Source: Polyangiaceae bacterium
GTDB taxonomy: Bacteria > Myxococcota_A > Polyangia > Polyangiales > Polyangiaceae
Length of the DNA stretch: 64,000 nucleotides
Direction of reading: 5' to 3'
NCBI GenBank assembly: GCA_965222375.1
Contig: CBDCTZ010000012.1
Span: forward strand, 544,001 to 608,000
This document shows positions 8,768 through 17,499 of the stretch, one piece after another; position 1 is the first letter of the stretch, and each line of letters starts with the position of its first letter. Made by a program: the position numbers and the translations under genes. The notes beneath the pieces were generated by a model that ran no database searches, was not told where the DNA came from, and saw nothing but the letters and a program-made list of their open reading frames with translations.

Positions 8768-10018
8768 TCACACTCGAGCGCCCGGCTGCAGCTCAATCCG
8801 GAACAGATGTTGCCCGATTCGCACGTGGTCTCCGTCCTCTAGAGCACGCTCTTGGCGCAGTGCCAAGAACGTCCCGTTGGAGGACCCCAAATCCCTCAAG
8901 GAAAACGACCCATCCGTCGGGTTGCGGGTGATGGCGGCGTGACGACGGCTCATGAACGGGTCTGCCGTGAATACGATATCCCCGTTCTCACGTCCGACGA
9001 CGGTTTCGTCCCGGCAAACATAGTAGACGTCGCGCCCAACGCCTTCGACGGTGCGCTGGCGCAGGCGCGCGAAGCGCGATGTCGCAGGCGACCCAAAAAC
9101 CTGCGTTCCCTGCTCCACCGCGGGCCCGAAGCCCTTCTCGGCGTCGTTCACGACCTCGAACCTTAACACCTCAAGGCCCACCAGGACCAAGTCCCCATGC
9201 AGCAAGGGGGCGGCGGCCTTCAAGCGCATATAAACGCCGTTGGTTGAGCCCAAATCTCGCAGGAAATAGCGGTTGTCTCGGCGGATAATGCGTGCGTGCC
9301 TAGGCGAAACATAGGGATCGTTGGGCAGTCGAATCTCGCCACCCTCACGCCCCACGTCGGTCTGGTCGCCGGCCAGCTCATACTCGCGACCGGGTGATCC
9401 ATCTTGAGCGATGACCACGAGTCGAGCACCGAGGATGGCCGGGTCAGGTGCTGGATAGCGGTTCGTTGCGCTGGGGTCTGGCGCAGCTGCACGGCGCGCT
9501 CGCGGGTGGTTGGGCGCTTCGGGTTCATGCAACTTCGGCACGGGAGCGGCGTTCGCCTTCTCGTCCGGGACGGCCGGCTCGGCTTCACCGAGACGGGCGC
9601 CGCAGTACTGACAGTACGCTGTCTGCGGTCGGTTCTTTCCACGGCAGCGCGGACACACGATGTCCTCGACATTGGGCTTTGGCGCGCCGACACCCACTAC
9701 CGGTGAACCGGCCAGGGCTTGGGCGCTGGCGCCACTGACCTCTATGGGGCCGCCGCATTCCGCGCAAAAGCGTGCTTCGGCTGGATTGCGAGCGCCGCAG
9801 CGCGCGCAGGGGATTTCAGATGTCCGCGCGTCCGGGGGTGCGAAGTCAAATTGCGGGGCTGGGGGGCGAGGGCGCGGCGGTGAGGCGTCATCGCCCACTT
9901 CGAGAGCTCGTGGTGGCGTGGCCATGGAGGCGCGCGGCGGTGCCTGCAGGCGATTGCCGCAGTCCTGACAGAACCTCAGGTCACCCGGGTTGTCCCGGCC
10001 GCAACGGTCACACTTCAC
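8768..10018 (-). CDS. Zinc-ribbon repeat and tandem FHA domain protein
   Basis: Three CxxC-x10-CxxCG ribbons; two FHA domains (GR...SPRHA...GSTNG; GR...SRRHA...GSSNG). Confidence 0.9.
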   Translation of the reverse strand: MKCDRCGRDNPGDLRFCQDCGNRLQAPPRASMATPPRALEVGDDASPPRPRPPAPQFDFAPPDARTSEIPCARCGARNPAEARFCAECGGPIEVSGASAQALAGSPVVGVGAPKPNVEDIVCPRCRGKNRPQTAYCQYCGARLGEAEPAVPDEKANAAPVPKLHEPEAPNHPRARRAAAPDPSATNRYPAPDPAILGARLVVIAQDGSPGREYELAGDQTDVGREGGEIRLPNDPYVSPRHARIIRRDNRYFLRDLGSTNGVYMRLKAAAPLLHGDLVLVGLEVLRFEVVNDAEKGFGPAVEQGTQVFGSPATSRFARLRQRTVEGVGRDVYYVCRDETVVGRENGDIVFTADPFMSRRHAAITRNPTDGSFSLRDLGSSNGTFLALRQERALEDGDHVRIGQHLFRIELQPGARV

Positions 10019-10065
10019 GGACCGGAAGAGGAGCGCGCAAGGAGAAGCGAGTCAAGAGCAGTATT

Positions 10066-10809
10066 CTACCAGCGCGGGAGCGGTTCCCTGACTTCGAGGG
10101 TCAACTCCAAAAACGCGCCGTGGGCCATGCCGAATCCGAGGTATTCGTCCGCTCGCTGCTGCCCCGCAGAATCCGTCCAACCCCTGAAAATGAAGGGTCG
10201 ATACCCCAATGCCGCGCCCACGACTGCTGTGCGACTGAGCTGCAGCTCCAATCCACCACCCAGCGCGGCAGTGACCCCGCCCGTATCCGCGCCCCATTCG
10301 CTGCCATACAGCATGGCTCCGAAGCCGAAACCCACGTAGGGCGTGATCCGGGAGCCCTGGTCCAAATAGTAGCGCGCCTCTGCCCGGAACTGCTGCAGAA
10401 TTGCCAGGCGGAGCAAGTTCGAGGATTCATGGCGCGAGGCCTCATAGGCCCCTCCCACGTACCAGCGGCCCCTCGCGCGATAGCCGACGCGAACCGTTAG
10501 ACCACCGCCGGAGCCGAATATGCACGGCGCCACCGCCCCTTCAGGGCAGACGTTGCTGGCGGCCGCGATGGCTTCTCCGGCAAAAGCCACCCCATACTGT
10601 AGGTAATCGAAGCTCGACGACGGAGGTCGCCGCTGCAAGGGATCGCCGTCGGTGGCACTGGCGATGCCTGCTTGACCGGCAATCACCGCCGCGAGGGGTA
10701 GCAGCGGGGTTCTCACACGCCTGACCGTACTCCAAGTCAGCGTCGGATGCCTGGTCTCTACCCCAGCACTGGGCTCGCCTCGCTGGGCCCCAGCGTCGTT
10801 TCCGCCCAA
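10066..10809 (-). CDS. Putative outer-membrane beta-barrel protein (start uncertain)
   Basis: Signal-like hydrophobic segment followed by alternating aromatic/Gly beta-strands (VRVGYR, EARYY, PYVGFGFG, GGGLEL, LGYRPF). Confidence 0.6.
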   Translation of the reverse strand: MGGNDAGAQRGEPSAGVETRHPTLTWSTVRRVRTPLLPLAAVIAGQAGIASATDGDPLQRRPPSSSFDYLQYGVAFAGEAIAAASNVCPEGAVAPCIFGSGGGLTVRVGYRARGRWYVGGAYEASRHESSNLLRLAILQQFRAEARYYLDQGSRITPYVGFGFGAMLYGSEWGADTGGVTAALGGGLELQLSRTAVVGAALGYRPFIFRGWTDSAGQQRADEYLGFGMAHGAFLELTLEVREPLPRW

Positions 10810-10844
10810 ATCGTGGGCTGAGTGCCCGGGACGTTAAGCTGGGC

Positions 10845-10872
10845 TTGACGGCGCGAACGCCATTCGTTTAAT
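10845..10872 (+). promoter_or_regulatory. Candidate sigma70 promoter for the acidic protein gene
   Basis: TTGACG (10845-10850), 16 nt, TTTAAT (10867-10872), 29 nt upstream of ATG 10902. Confidence 0.55.
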
Positions 10873-10901
10873 GGCGGTGCAAAAAACAGGGCAAGACTTC
10901 G

Positions 10902-11279
10902 ATGGACATTTACTTGGACCGGCGAGCTGTGCGCCAGATTCGCTTATCCGCGCAAGAGGCGGTTGATGAGGGGGACACCGAGTCGCTGCGCGAAGACATT
11001 CTTGAAGCTTTTACTGAAGACCAGGTCGAGGAAATCGAGCGTCGGCTGGACAATGGCGACTTCTTCGAATTCCTCACGGACATCATTGACGAATGGGCTG
11101 GCGACGATGTCGACGAGTTATTCGAGCTTCTGGAGACTCAGTTGAGCGAGGTTGGCATCGATCTGAAAACCGATCAGAAAGATGACGACGACGATGACGA
11201 TGACGATGACGAGGCGCTGGACGGCGATTCAGACGATATGGACGGCGACCTCGACGACGACTTCGCGGATGAAGACTGA
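10902..11279 (+). CDS. Small, extremely acidic hypothetical protein with poly-Asp tail
   Basis: 125 aa with 53 D/E by manual count; amphipathic helical core; own promoter. Confidence 0.85.
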   Translation: MDIYLDRRAVRQIRLSAQEAVDEGDTESLREDILEAFTEDQVEEIERRLDNGDFFEFLTDIIDEWAGDDVDELFELLETQLSEVGIDLKTDQKDDDDDDDDDDEALDGDSDDMDGDLDDDFADED

Positions 11280-12370
11280 AGCTCTCTGACCTCCCGTCGA
11301 ATGTACGCTCGGCAGGAGCGAGGTGCCTTCGGCGCGTTGGGGCACACCAGTCGGGTACATGCGGCGTAGCGAGAGTCGGGCAGTTCCTTCACCAAAAGCC
11401 GCGCGGCGTCACAGGCGCGCTCTTCGCGCCCCAATCGCATCGCAAGCAGGGATTCACGCCAAAGGGCGTCGTCCCTTAGCAGGCTGTGCTTGTGGTCGTT
11501 GAACACGCGGCGGAATTCGGTGAGTGCTGCGTCCATGCTACCCATGGCCTCCAGAATCGCGGCGCGCTCGAGCCGTGCTTGGGCGTAGATCGGCTTTTCA
11601 TAGCTTCCTTGTAGATCTGCGGATTCCCGCTCCTTCAGCAGGCGGCCCAAGTGCTTCAACGCTTGCCCCGGTCGGCCCAGCTGTCGCTCGATTCCCGCCG
11701 CGCGGAACAGAGCGTCGTCCCAGTAGGCTCCGTGGGGATAGGGGAAGCGCCTGGCGACGGACAAGTAGCCCCCGAGGGAAGCTGCCAGTTCGCCTTCCTG
11801 TTGTTTCAGCCTGGCAACCCGGTATCCGAGGAACTCTTCGACTGCATGACCTCGGGTTTTGTGCTGCATGGCGTCTGCCCACTTGGCAGCGGACGCCGCC
11901 CCGTCTCGGTTCTCAAGGTGCAGCATGTAGCGTTCGGCAGCGTGCATCGCGAGCCCAGATGTGGGCCGCTCTCGCACGAAGTCCGCCATCCGTTGGAATC
12001 CGAGCTGGGTGTCGCCTGCTTCGATGGACATGTCTGCGAGATCGTAGGCCGCGCGATCGACCCGATGGCTCTTCGGGTACTTGGTGATCAGCAATGACAG
12101 TGCGCTCCGCGCCTGACGCACTCTGCCAGCGCGGCGCAAGCTGACGGCACGGCGATACATGGCATCAGCCTGATCCTTCGAGCGTTCTGCACGCTGCATC
12201 GCCTTCCGCCAATGGGCGGCGGCTTCGTCGTAGCGCCCGTGGGCGTAGGCGCGCTGAGCTGCGGCGCGCGCCTCCAGGTAGGGCTTCGGCAAGGACGGAC
12301 CACAACCGAGTTGGACGGCGAAGCTGAGAAGCGCGAGCAATCCGAGCGCAATGGTTCGAAGGTGCGTCAT
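11174..12370 (-). CDS. TPR-repeat lipoprotein (BamD/CpoB-like repeats)
   Basis: Lipobox (VQLGC); TPR-like helices with YP.S...D.A patterns; ATGA overlap with ltaE; 3' end overlaps the convergent acidic gene. Confidence 0.8.
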   Translation of the reverse strand: MTHLRTIALGLLALLSFAVQLGCGPSLPKPYLEARAAAQRAYAHGRYDEAAAHWRKAMQRAERSKDQADAMYRRAVSLRRAGRVRQARSALSLLITKYPKSHRVDRAAYDLADMSIEAGDTQLGFQRMADFVRERPTSGLAMHAAERYMLHLENRDGAASAAKWADAMQHKTRGHAVEEFLGYRVARLKQQEGELAASLGGYLSVARRFPYPHGAYWDDALFRAAGIERQLGRPGQALKHLGRLLKERESADLQGSYEKPIYAQARLERAAILEAMGSMDAALTEFRRVFNDHKHSLLRDDALWRESLLAMRLGREERACDAARLLVKELPDSRYAACTRLVCPNAPKAPRSCRAYIRREVRELQSSSAKSSSRSPSISSESPSSASSSSSSSSSSSF

Positions 12371-13407
12371 GATGATGCAGCCGCAACGGCGCGAGCCACC
12401 CCCTCCGCGGCGCAGCCTGCGTCTTGTTGGCCGACGTCCAAATGAAAGACCGCTCGAAGGGTCTTGGGCGCAATGCTGGTCACGAGTACGCCTTCTTCAG
12501 CGCACAGCTCGACGACTCGGTCCTCCCGGGCTGAGTGCAGGCCGACGTTGACGATGTTGGTCTGAACCAGGCTCACGTCTAGCGAGACCCCCGGCGCGGT
12601 TGCGAGTGCCGCCGCGAATCGTCTTGCGTTGTCGTGATCGGCGCCCAGACGTTCCAAGTTCTGGTCCAGGGCGAACAGAGCCGCTGCGGCTACGATGCCC
12701 GCTTGTCGCATGGCACCACCCAGCATGCGTCGATAGCGGTGAGCCAGTTGGAGGGTGTCTCGGGGCCCGACCAGGGCCGAGCCGAGCGGGGCGCCAAGCC
12801 CTTTCGAGAAACACACGCTGACCGTGTCCGCGACGGAGGCGAGTGCTTGCAGACTCTCCCCAGTCGCCGTCATTGCGTTCCACAGCCGCGCACCGTCCAA
12901 GTGAACGAAAAGCCCGTGCTGCTGTGCGACTTTGCGGATCTCGCGTTGCTGCTCCAGCGGGAACACCCGGCCGCCCGAGCGGTTGTGAGTGTTCTCGAAC
13001 ACGACGAGGCGTGTGCGAGGGAAGTAGTAGGCACTCGGCTTCACTTGCTTCCGCAGGTCCGCCGCATCAAACAGGCCACCCTTGCCTGCGGTCACGTGCT
13101 GGATGCCGCTCAGTGCGCTAGCTGCGCCGGATTCAAACCACGCGAGGTGGGCGCCTTCGCCCACGACGATCTCGTCCCCACGTTGGGTCTGGGCTAGTAG
13201 AGCGAGTTGATTGCTCATCGTGCCCGAGGGAACAAACAGGGCCCGGTCCTTGCCAAGCATCGAGGCGACGCGCTCTTCCAGGGCTCGGACCGTGGGATCC
13301 TCGCCGAACACGTCGTCCCCAACGTCAGCCCGCGCCATGGCCTGACGCATGGCGGCACAGGGGCGAGTTACGGTGTCAGAGCGAAGATCGATGGCAGGCA
13401 TGTGCAC
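12367..13407 (-). CDS. ltaE: Low-specificity L-threonine aldolase
   Basis: IDLRSDTVT, VGDDVFGEDP, SGTMSN, ENTHN, HLDGARLWNA, CFSKGLGAP (PLP Lys). Confidence 0.93.
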   Translation of the reverse strand: MHMPAIDLRSDTVTRPCAAMRQAMARADVGDDVFGEDPTVRALEERVASMLGKDRALFVPSGTMSNQLALLAQTQRGDEIVVGEGAHLAWFESGAASALSGIQHVTAGKGGLFDAADLRKQVKPSAYYFPRTRLVVFENTHNRSGGRVFPLEQQREIRKVAQQHGLFVHLDGARLWNAMTATGESLQALASVADTVSVCFSKGLGAPLGSALVGPRDTLQLAHRYRRMLGGAMRQAGIVAAAALFALDQNLERLGADHDNARRFAAALATAPGVSLDVSLVQTNIVNVGLHSAREDRVVELCAEEGVLVTSIAPKTLRAVFHLDVGQQDAGCAAEGVARAVAAASS

Positions 13408-13413
13408 GCGAGC

Positions 13414-13992
13414 TTAGAGCATTCTAGTTGACGCCGCGGAGCCTCCGGCACGCAGCTCCAAGCCAGCGAGAAAAAGCTCGTAGGCGATTAGTTGGGTGGC
13501 CTGTGCCAGGTTCACGGAGGGCTGATCCCCGGCCATTGGGATACGCAAACGAAAGGCTGCGGAGTCCACGATCTCCGAGGAGAGTCCGGTTTTCTCGTTT
13601 CCAAACAAGATCGCCAGCTGTTGGCCGGAGCCGGCCCGCCGCGCCAGCTCCGGCGCGAGCTGGCGCGGACCGGTTGCCCCGCGCACCCCACGGCGCGACG
13701 TAGCCGCGACGGCACACTCGACGCTATCCAGCACCTGCTCCAGGCGGTCGAAGACGATCGCGGCGTTCAGCACGTCCCGGGACTTGACCGCCATCTTCTG
13801 GGCCATTTCGTGGCTGGGCACTGCGAGGCGGCCGGGCTTCACCAGCCCCAGTCGTCCAAATCCCATAGTCTTGATGGCGCGAGCTGCAGCTCCGACGTTT
13901 TCTGGATAGTGCGGATGAACCAGCACGAAAGTCGTGGCTGCGTGCAGCGGCAGCTGGAGCTTTGGCTTTGGGTCGACGACCGCCTTGTACAT
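13414..13992 (-). CDS. SpoU-family RNA 2'-O-methyltransferase (TrmJ/LasT-like)
   Basis: LVHPHYPENVGAAARA, LFGNEKTGL, IPM...PSVNLAQA; TGATG overlap with the upstream gene fixes the start at 13992. Confidence 0.88.
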   Translation of the reverse strand: MYKAVVDPKPKLQLPLHAATTFVLVHPHYPENVGAAARAIKTMGFGRLGLVKPGRLAVPSHEMAQKMAVKSRDVLNAAIVFDRLEQVLDSVECAVAATSRRGVRGATGPRQLAPELARRAGSGQQLAILFGNEKTGLSSEIVDSAAFRLRIPMAGDQPSVNLAQATQLIAYELFLAGLELRAGGSAASTRML

Positions 13993-14951
13993 CAGTTTCC
14001 GCCGACGACTGAACGGGCGCACCGAAAGCCAACCATTGGGCTGCGTTTGGCCGGATCTGAATGGCCGCGCGCAGCTCCCCGCAACCAGGGCGCTCCGCTA
14101 CTGTGGCTTCCGCCGCGCACGACCCGATCGCTCGTCGCGCTCGCCAGGCTGGGCCCCTTTGGGTTCTGCTCTGCCTGCTCGGGGTAGCTCGTTGCGTAGT
14201 AGTCGTGAACCCACTCCGCCACATTCCCGCCAAGGTCCATGAAGCCGTCCGGAGTTCGCCCGTTCGGAAAGGACCCGACGGGGGCGAGCTCTGCGAATCC
14301 GTCGCTGGCGTCCGATGCGTCCAGCCCCAGTCGCCCATGATTGGCGACCCGTCGGTTCCAAAGATTACCCCAAGGATAGCGGCGACGTTCCGTCCCGCGG
14401 GCGGCCCGTTCGAATTCTGCCTCCGTCGGTAGTCGCGCTCCGCGAAACTTGCAGTAGCGACGCGCGTCCTGCCAACTGACCAAGGTCATCGGATAGCGGG
14501 GCTTGTCGAAGCGCTTGCCGCCCGCGGCGAAGGGTGCTGGTCGGCAGCGGCGGAGGGCCACGCACCTCCTGTAGGCCTCGACCGTGACCTCGTGCCGATC
14601 CAACCAGTAGGCCGAAAGCCTGACGGTGTGAGCATGCAGCTCGTCGGAAAACAGCTCTTCCCGGCAGCGGTGCCCAAGAGGCTCGCGGGCGCAGTCTGCG
14701 ACGGCTTCTAGAATGTCCGGTATCGTCGAGCCCATTCGAAAGGCCGATGCGCGCACCTTGATCGCCGTGGAGCCGGGTGCTCGTAGAAACGCGATTCCGC
14801 CGCTCAGGGCGACCTCCGCCGGCGTCCGAGGTGTTCCTTGAGAGCGAGGACGCGAGTCGCGGGCGGCGAGCTGTCGAGGGAATGCCAGAACCGTAGTGCA
14901 CAGCGCTAGGCCCAAGCTGGTGCCGCTGAGCAGACGGTTCAGCTTCAGCAC
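13992..14951 (-). CDS. Formylglycine-generating-enzyme (FGE-sulfatase) domain protein, exported
   Basis: FRMGS, DRHEVT, VSWQDA..YC...GARLPTEAEFERAARG, YPWG, DLGGNVAEW, RGGS, GFRC; GTG 14951 chosen as start because it overlaps the upstream stop. Confidence 0.88.
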   Translation of the reverse strand: MLKLNRLLSGTSLGLALCTTVLAFPRQLAARDSRPRSQGTPRTPAEVALSGGIAFLRAPGSTAIKVRASAFRMGSTIPDILEAVADCAREPLGHRCREELFSDELHAHTVRLSAYWLDRHEVTVEAYRRCVALRRCRPAPFAAGGKRFDKPRYPMTLVSWQDARRYCKFRGARLPTEAEFERAARGTERRRYPWGNLWNRRVANHGRLGLDASDASDGFAELAPVGSFPNGRTPDGFMDLGGNVAEWVHDYYATSYPEQAEQNPKGPSLASATSDRVVRGGSHSSGAPWLRGAARGHSDPAKRSPMVGFRCARSVVGGN

Positions 14952-15649
14952 GGTCCGTTGCAGGTGCCGAGGATGCACTGAGCCATGGCGTTGTAGGCGT
15001 TCAACCCACCCGCGAACTGGCTGCAGTTGTTCTGGAAGCACGTTTGGACGTTCGGCGTATTCGCGCAAAACTGGGACAGACAGCTCTGTAGCCCCTGACA
15101 AGCGCCGTTTGCCTGACATGCACCGACCTGTGAGCAGCAGCTGGCATTGACGCAATTGTCACAAGCGGGAACGCCCGAATTGAACGGTGTCGCGCAGGTT
15201 GTGCCGCCACCGCCCGTTGCGCCAACGCCGCCACCGCCGACGGCGCCAGTACCAGCGCCGCCGCCCGTTCCTGGGCCCGCCCCGAAGCCTCCAAAGCCTC
15301 CCGAGCCTGCATCAACCAAACACTGATTCAAACACGATTGGGCATTGCCGGTAGCGCACAGGCATGTGTCGAAGCACGCTGTGCAAGAGTTGCAGTCCGG
15401 TGCAGTGGAGCAGCCTGCTGGGCCGGCCTCCGCCGCCGAGCCGCACTGGCTGGAGCAAGTCGTCGGGTCCCCGCCTTTGCACGTGCAGTCGTCTACACAG
15501 GTCGTGCACCCCTGGCACTGGTTCGACGGGCCACAAACCGGTGTGAGATTGGAGTTGTCGTCGGAGCTACAGCCGCCACCAAGAAGGGCGTGCCCGGCGA
15601 GTAAGAGGCCCGCCCAGAACCAGTGCAAGGTCCGCATTTTCGAGACCAT
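14945..15649 (-). CDS. Cysteine-rich lipoprotein
   Basis: Signal peptide ending GGGC; 31 Cys; two identically spaced 8-Cys modules, Gly-rich linker, third Cys-rich domain. Confidence 0.8.
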   Translation of the reverse strand: MVSKMRTLHWFWAGLLLAGHALLGGGCSSDDNSNLTPVCGPSNQCQGCTTCVDDCTCKGGDPTTCSSQCGSAAEAGPAGCSTAPDCNSCTACFDTCLCATGNAQSCLNQCLVDAGSGGFGGFGAGPGTGGGAGTGAVGGGGVGATGGGGTTCATPFNSGVPACDNCVNASCCSQVGACQANGACQGLQSCLSQFCANTPNVQTCFQNNCSQFAGGLNAYNAMAQCILGTCNGPC

Positions 15650-15692
15650 AGCGCGCTTGGGCGGTCTCAACCACAATCACCGCTGGGTTTGG

Positions 15693-16922
15693 CTAGTCGC
15701 TGTCCTCGTCGGCGTCCACGCCTCCATCTTCGCTGCCCGGATCACCAGCCGCCGCGTCCGCGGAAGCATCCGTAGGTGCTCCTGAGTCGGATTCGTCGGT
15801 GGCCGGCGGGGCAAGCTCCGGTTCGGCCGATTTGCGGTCTCGGGGCTTGGGGGCCTCTGCCAGGTACGCTGTGGGTGGCGGCGTGCTCACTGCAGCGGTC
15901 GCTACGGACAGGGCTGGGGTGTCCGTTCGATCCAGGGCGCCCAGGCCAGCCAGGGCACCCCCGGTGAGCAATGCGCCGACCAGGAATCCCCCGATCGCCA
16001 AGGCGGGGCCGCGCCCCTCCGAACCGCTGTGGAGCTGCGACTCCCTGCGGCGATCCGGCAGAGTCGGCATCTGGGAACGCGGTGACGAGAGCAGTGCTTC
16101 ACTCAGCGTGCGACCGAGTTGTTCACAGCTCTCCCAACGCTTGAGCGGATCCTTTTCCAAGCCACGAAGCAGCACGGTGTCGACGTGGCGGTCTAGACCC
16201 CTCGCCGCCGCGACAGGCGCGGGGAACTCCGTGGCGATTCGTGTTGCCACGGCCAAGGCGTCGTCGCCAGGAAACGCGCGCTTGCCGCTTATCGCTTCGT
16301 ACAGGGTTGCAGCGAAGGAGAACTGATCGCTGTGGGGCGAAAACTCGCTGTTGTGGATTGCCTCCGGAGCGCTGTAGGCCGGAGTACCTAAGAGACCGCC
16401 GTCACGGGTCAGAGTGGAGTCCGGAACTCGGGCGATTCCGAAGTCCGCGATTTTGGCACCGCTCCGGCTTAGGATGAGGTTTTCTGGCTTGATGTCCCGG
16501 TGCAGGACGCCCGCGCCGTGCGCAAGGGTCAGCGCGTCACCCACCTCACGTGCGAGTTGTGCGGCGGCCTGAGGCCCTAGCGGGCCCTTGTCAGCAATTC
16601 GCTCCTTGAGAGTTGGCCCCTTCACGTATTCGAAGACGAGGTATAGGCCCAAGTCCTCGTCCTCACCCATGTCGTGGAGCGCCACGATGTTTGGATGCAC
16701 GACCCTCGCGCTGGCTCGGGCCTCCTGACGCATGCGCTCGAGCAGGCTCTTCAGTTGCTCCGGCGGCACTCCCAAATCGTCCCGCAGCAACTTGATGGCG
16801 ACGGTGCGATCCAGGACCGGGTCTCGGGCCAGCACCACGCGGCCCATGGCACCGTGTCCCAACGCTTTGAGCAGTTGGTACCGCCCGATGGCGGGCGGCA
16901 GGTTGGAGTCCAGGGGTTCCAT
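15693..16922 (-). CDS. Hanks-type Ser/Thr protein kinase, membrane-anchored
   Basis: GHGAMG, VAIK, HRDIKPEN, DFG, GTPAYSAPE, SDQFS; TM near residue 310. Confidence 0.95.
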   Translation of the reverse strand: MEPLDSNLPPAIGRYQLLKALGHGAMGRVVLARDPVLDRTVAIKLLRDDLGVPPEQLKSLLERMRQEARASARVVHPNIVALHDMGEDEDLGLYLVFEYVKGPTLKERIADKGPLGPQAAAQLAREVGDALTLAHGAGVLHRDIKPENLILSRSGAKIADFGIARVPDSTLTRDGGLLGTPAYSAPEAIHNSEFSPHSDQFSFAATLYEAISGKRAFPGDDALAVATRIATEFPAPVAAARGLDRHVDTVLLRGLEKDPLKRWESCEQLGRTLSEALLSSPRSQMPTLPDRRRESQLHSGSEGRGPALAIGGFLVGALLTGGALAGLGALDRTDTPALSVATAAVSTPPPTAYLAEAPKPRDRKSAEPELAPPATDESDSGAPTDASADAAAGDPGSEDGGVDADEDSD

Positions 16923-17025
16923 TAGGGCCCGGTGGACTCATAGCAAAGTCCTCACGTCAGGTTGAGGACGACTCGGCGACTCCCCGCAAACTAGGGTGGA
17001 AAGCGCGGCCGAAGTCGAGGCCGGC

Positions 17026-17457
17026 TCAGTCCGCTCCGGCGTCTTTACTTGGCGGCGGCGGCGGCTCCGGCGCCTTGCGTGGGGGCTCACCGTAGTCGGC
17101 GCGTAGGCGCTTCAAGAGCCCGTCGCGCAACATGGTCTCGTGGTAGCCGGGCATATCCGGAAGCTGCACGAAGAGACGAACGCGCTTCTTGGCTTCGATG
17201 ATCTCCATGCTCCCGTGGGACAGCCGCTTGCGCTTACCGGGCGGGGCATACTTGAACAAGATGTAGGCGGCGTCCGGGTCCTTCTCCGTCACTTCATAGC
17301 CCAAATCGACGCGCAGGTAGCGCAGCGCGCCGTTGTAGGTCTGAGCCTTGCTGTAGTCCGAATCCGCATCGACCCGTGCTTCCGCCTCGAGGGTGCAAAA
17401 CGCTGCGATGACGAGGGTCAGAGTGGTGGCAAGCAGGGCCCGGAGAGGGATACGCAC
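17026..17457 (-). CDS. Hypothetical exported protein
   Basis: Signal peptide (AEA cleavage), globular alpha/beta-like body, Pro-rich tail. Confidence 0.7.
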   Translation of the reverse strand: MRIPLRALLATTLTLVIAAFCTLEAEARVDADSDYSKAQTYNGALRYLRVDLGYEVTEKDPDAAYILFKYAPPGKRKRLSHGSMEIIEAKKRVRLFVQLPDMPGYHETMLRDGLLKRLRADYGEPPRKAPEPPPPPSKDAGAD

Positions 17458-17499
17458 TCATGTCTGGCTACCCCCAACAGGGCAGAGCGGCCAAGTTCT

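Noticed and set aside
14952..15155. Apparent 200-bp same-strand overlap of the FGE ORF with the Cys-rich gene
   Set aside because: Artefact of longest-ORF start choice; GTG 14951 gives a normal short overlap and a signal-like N-terminus.
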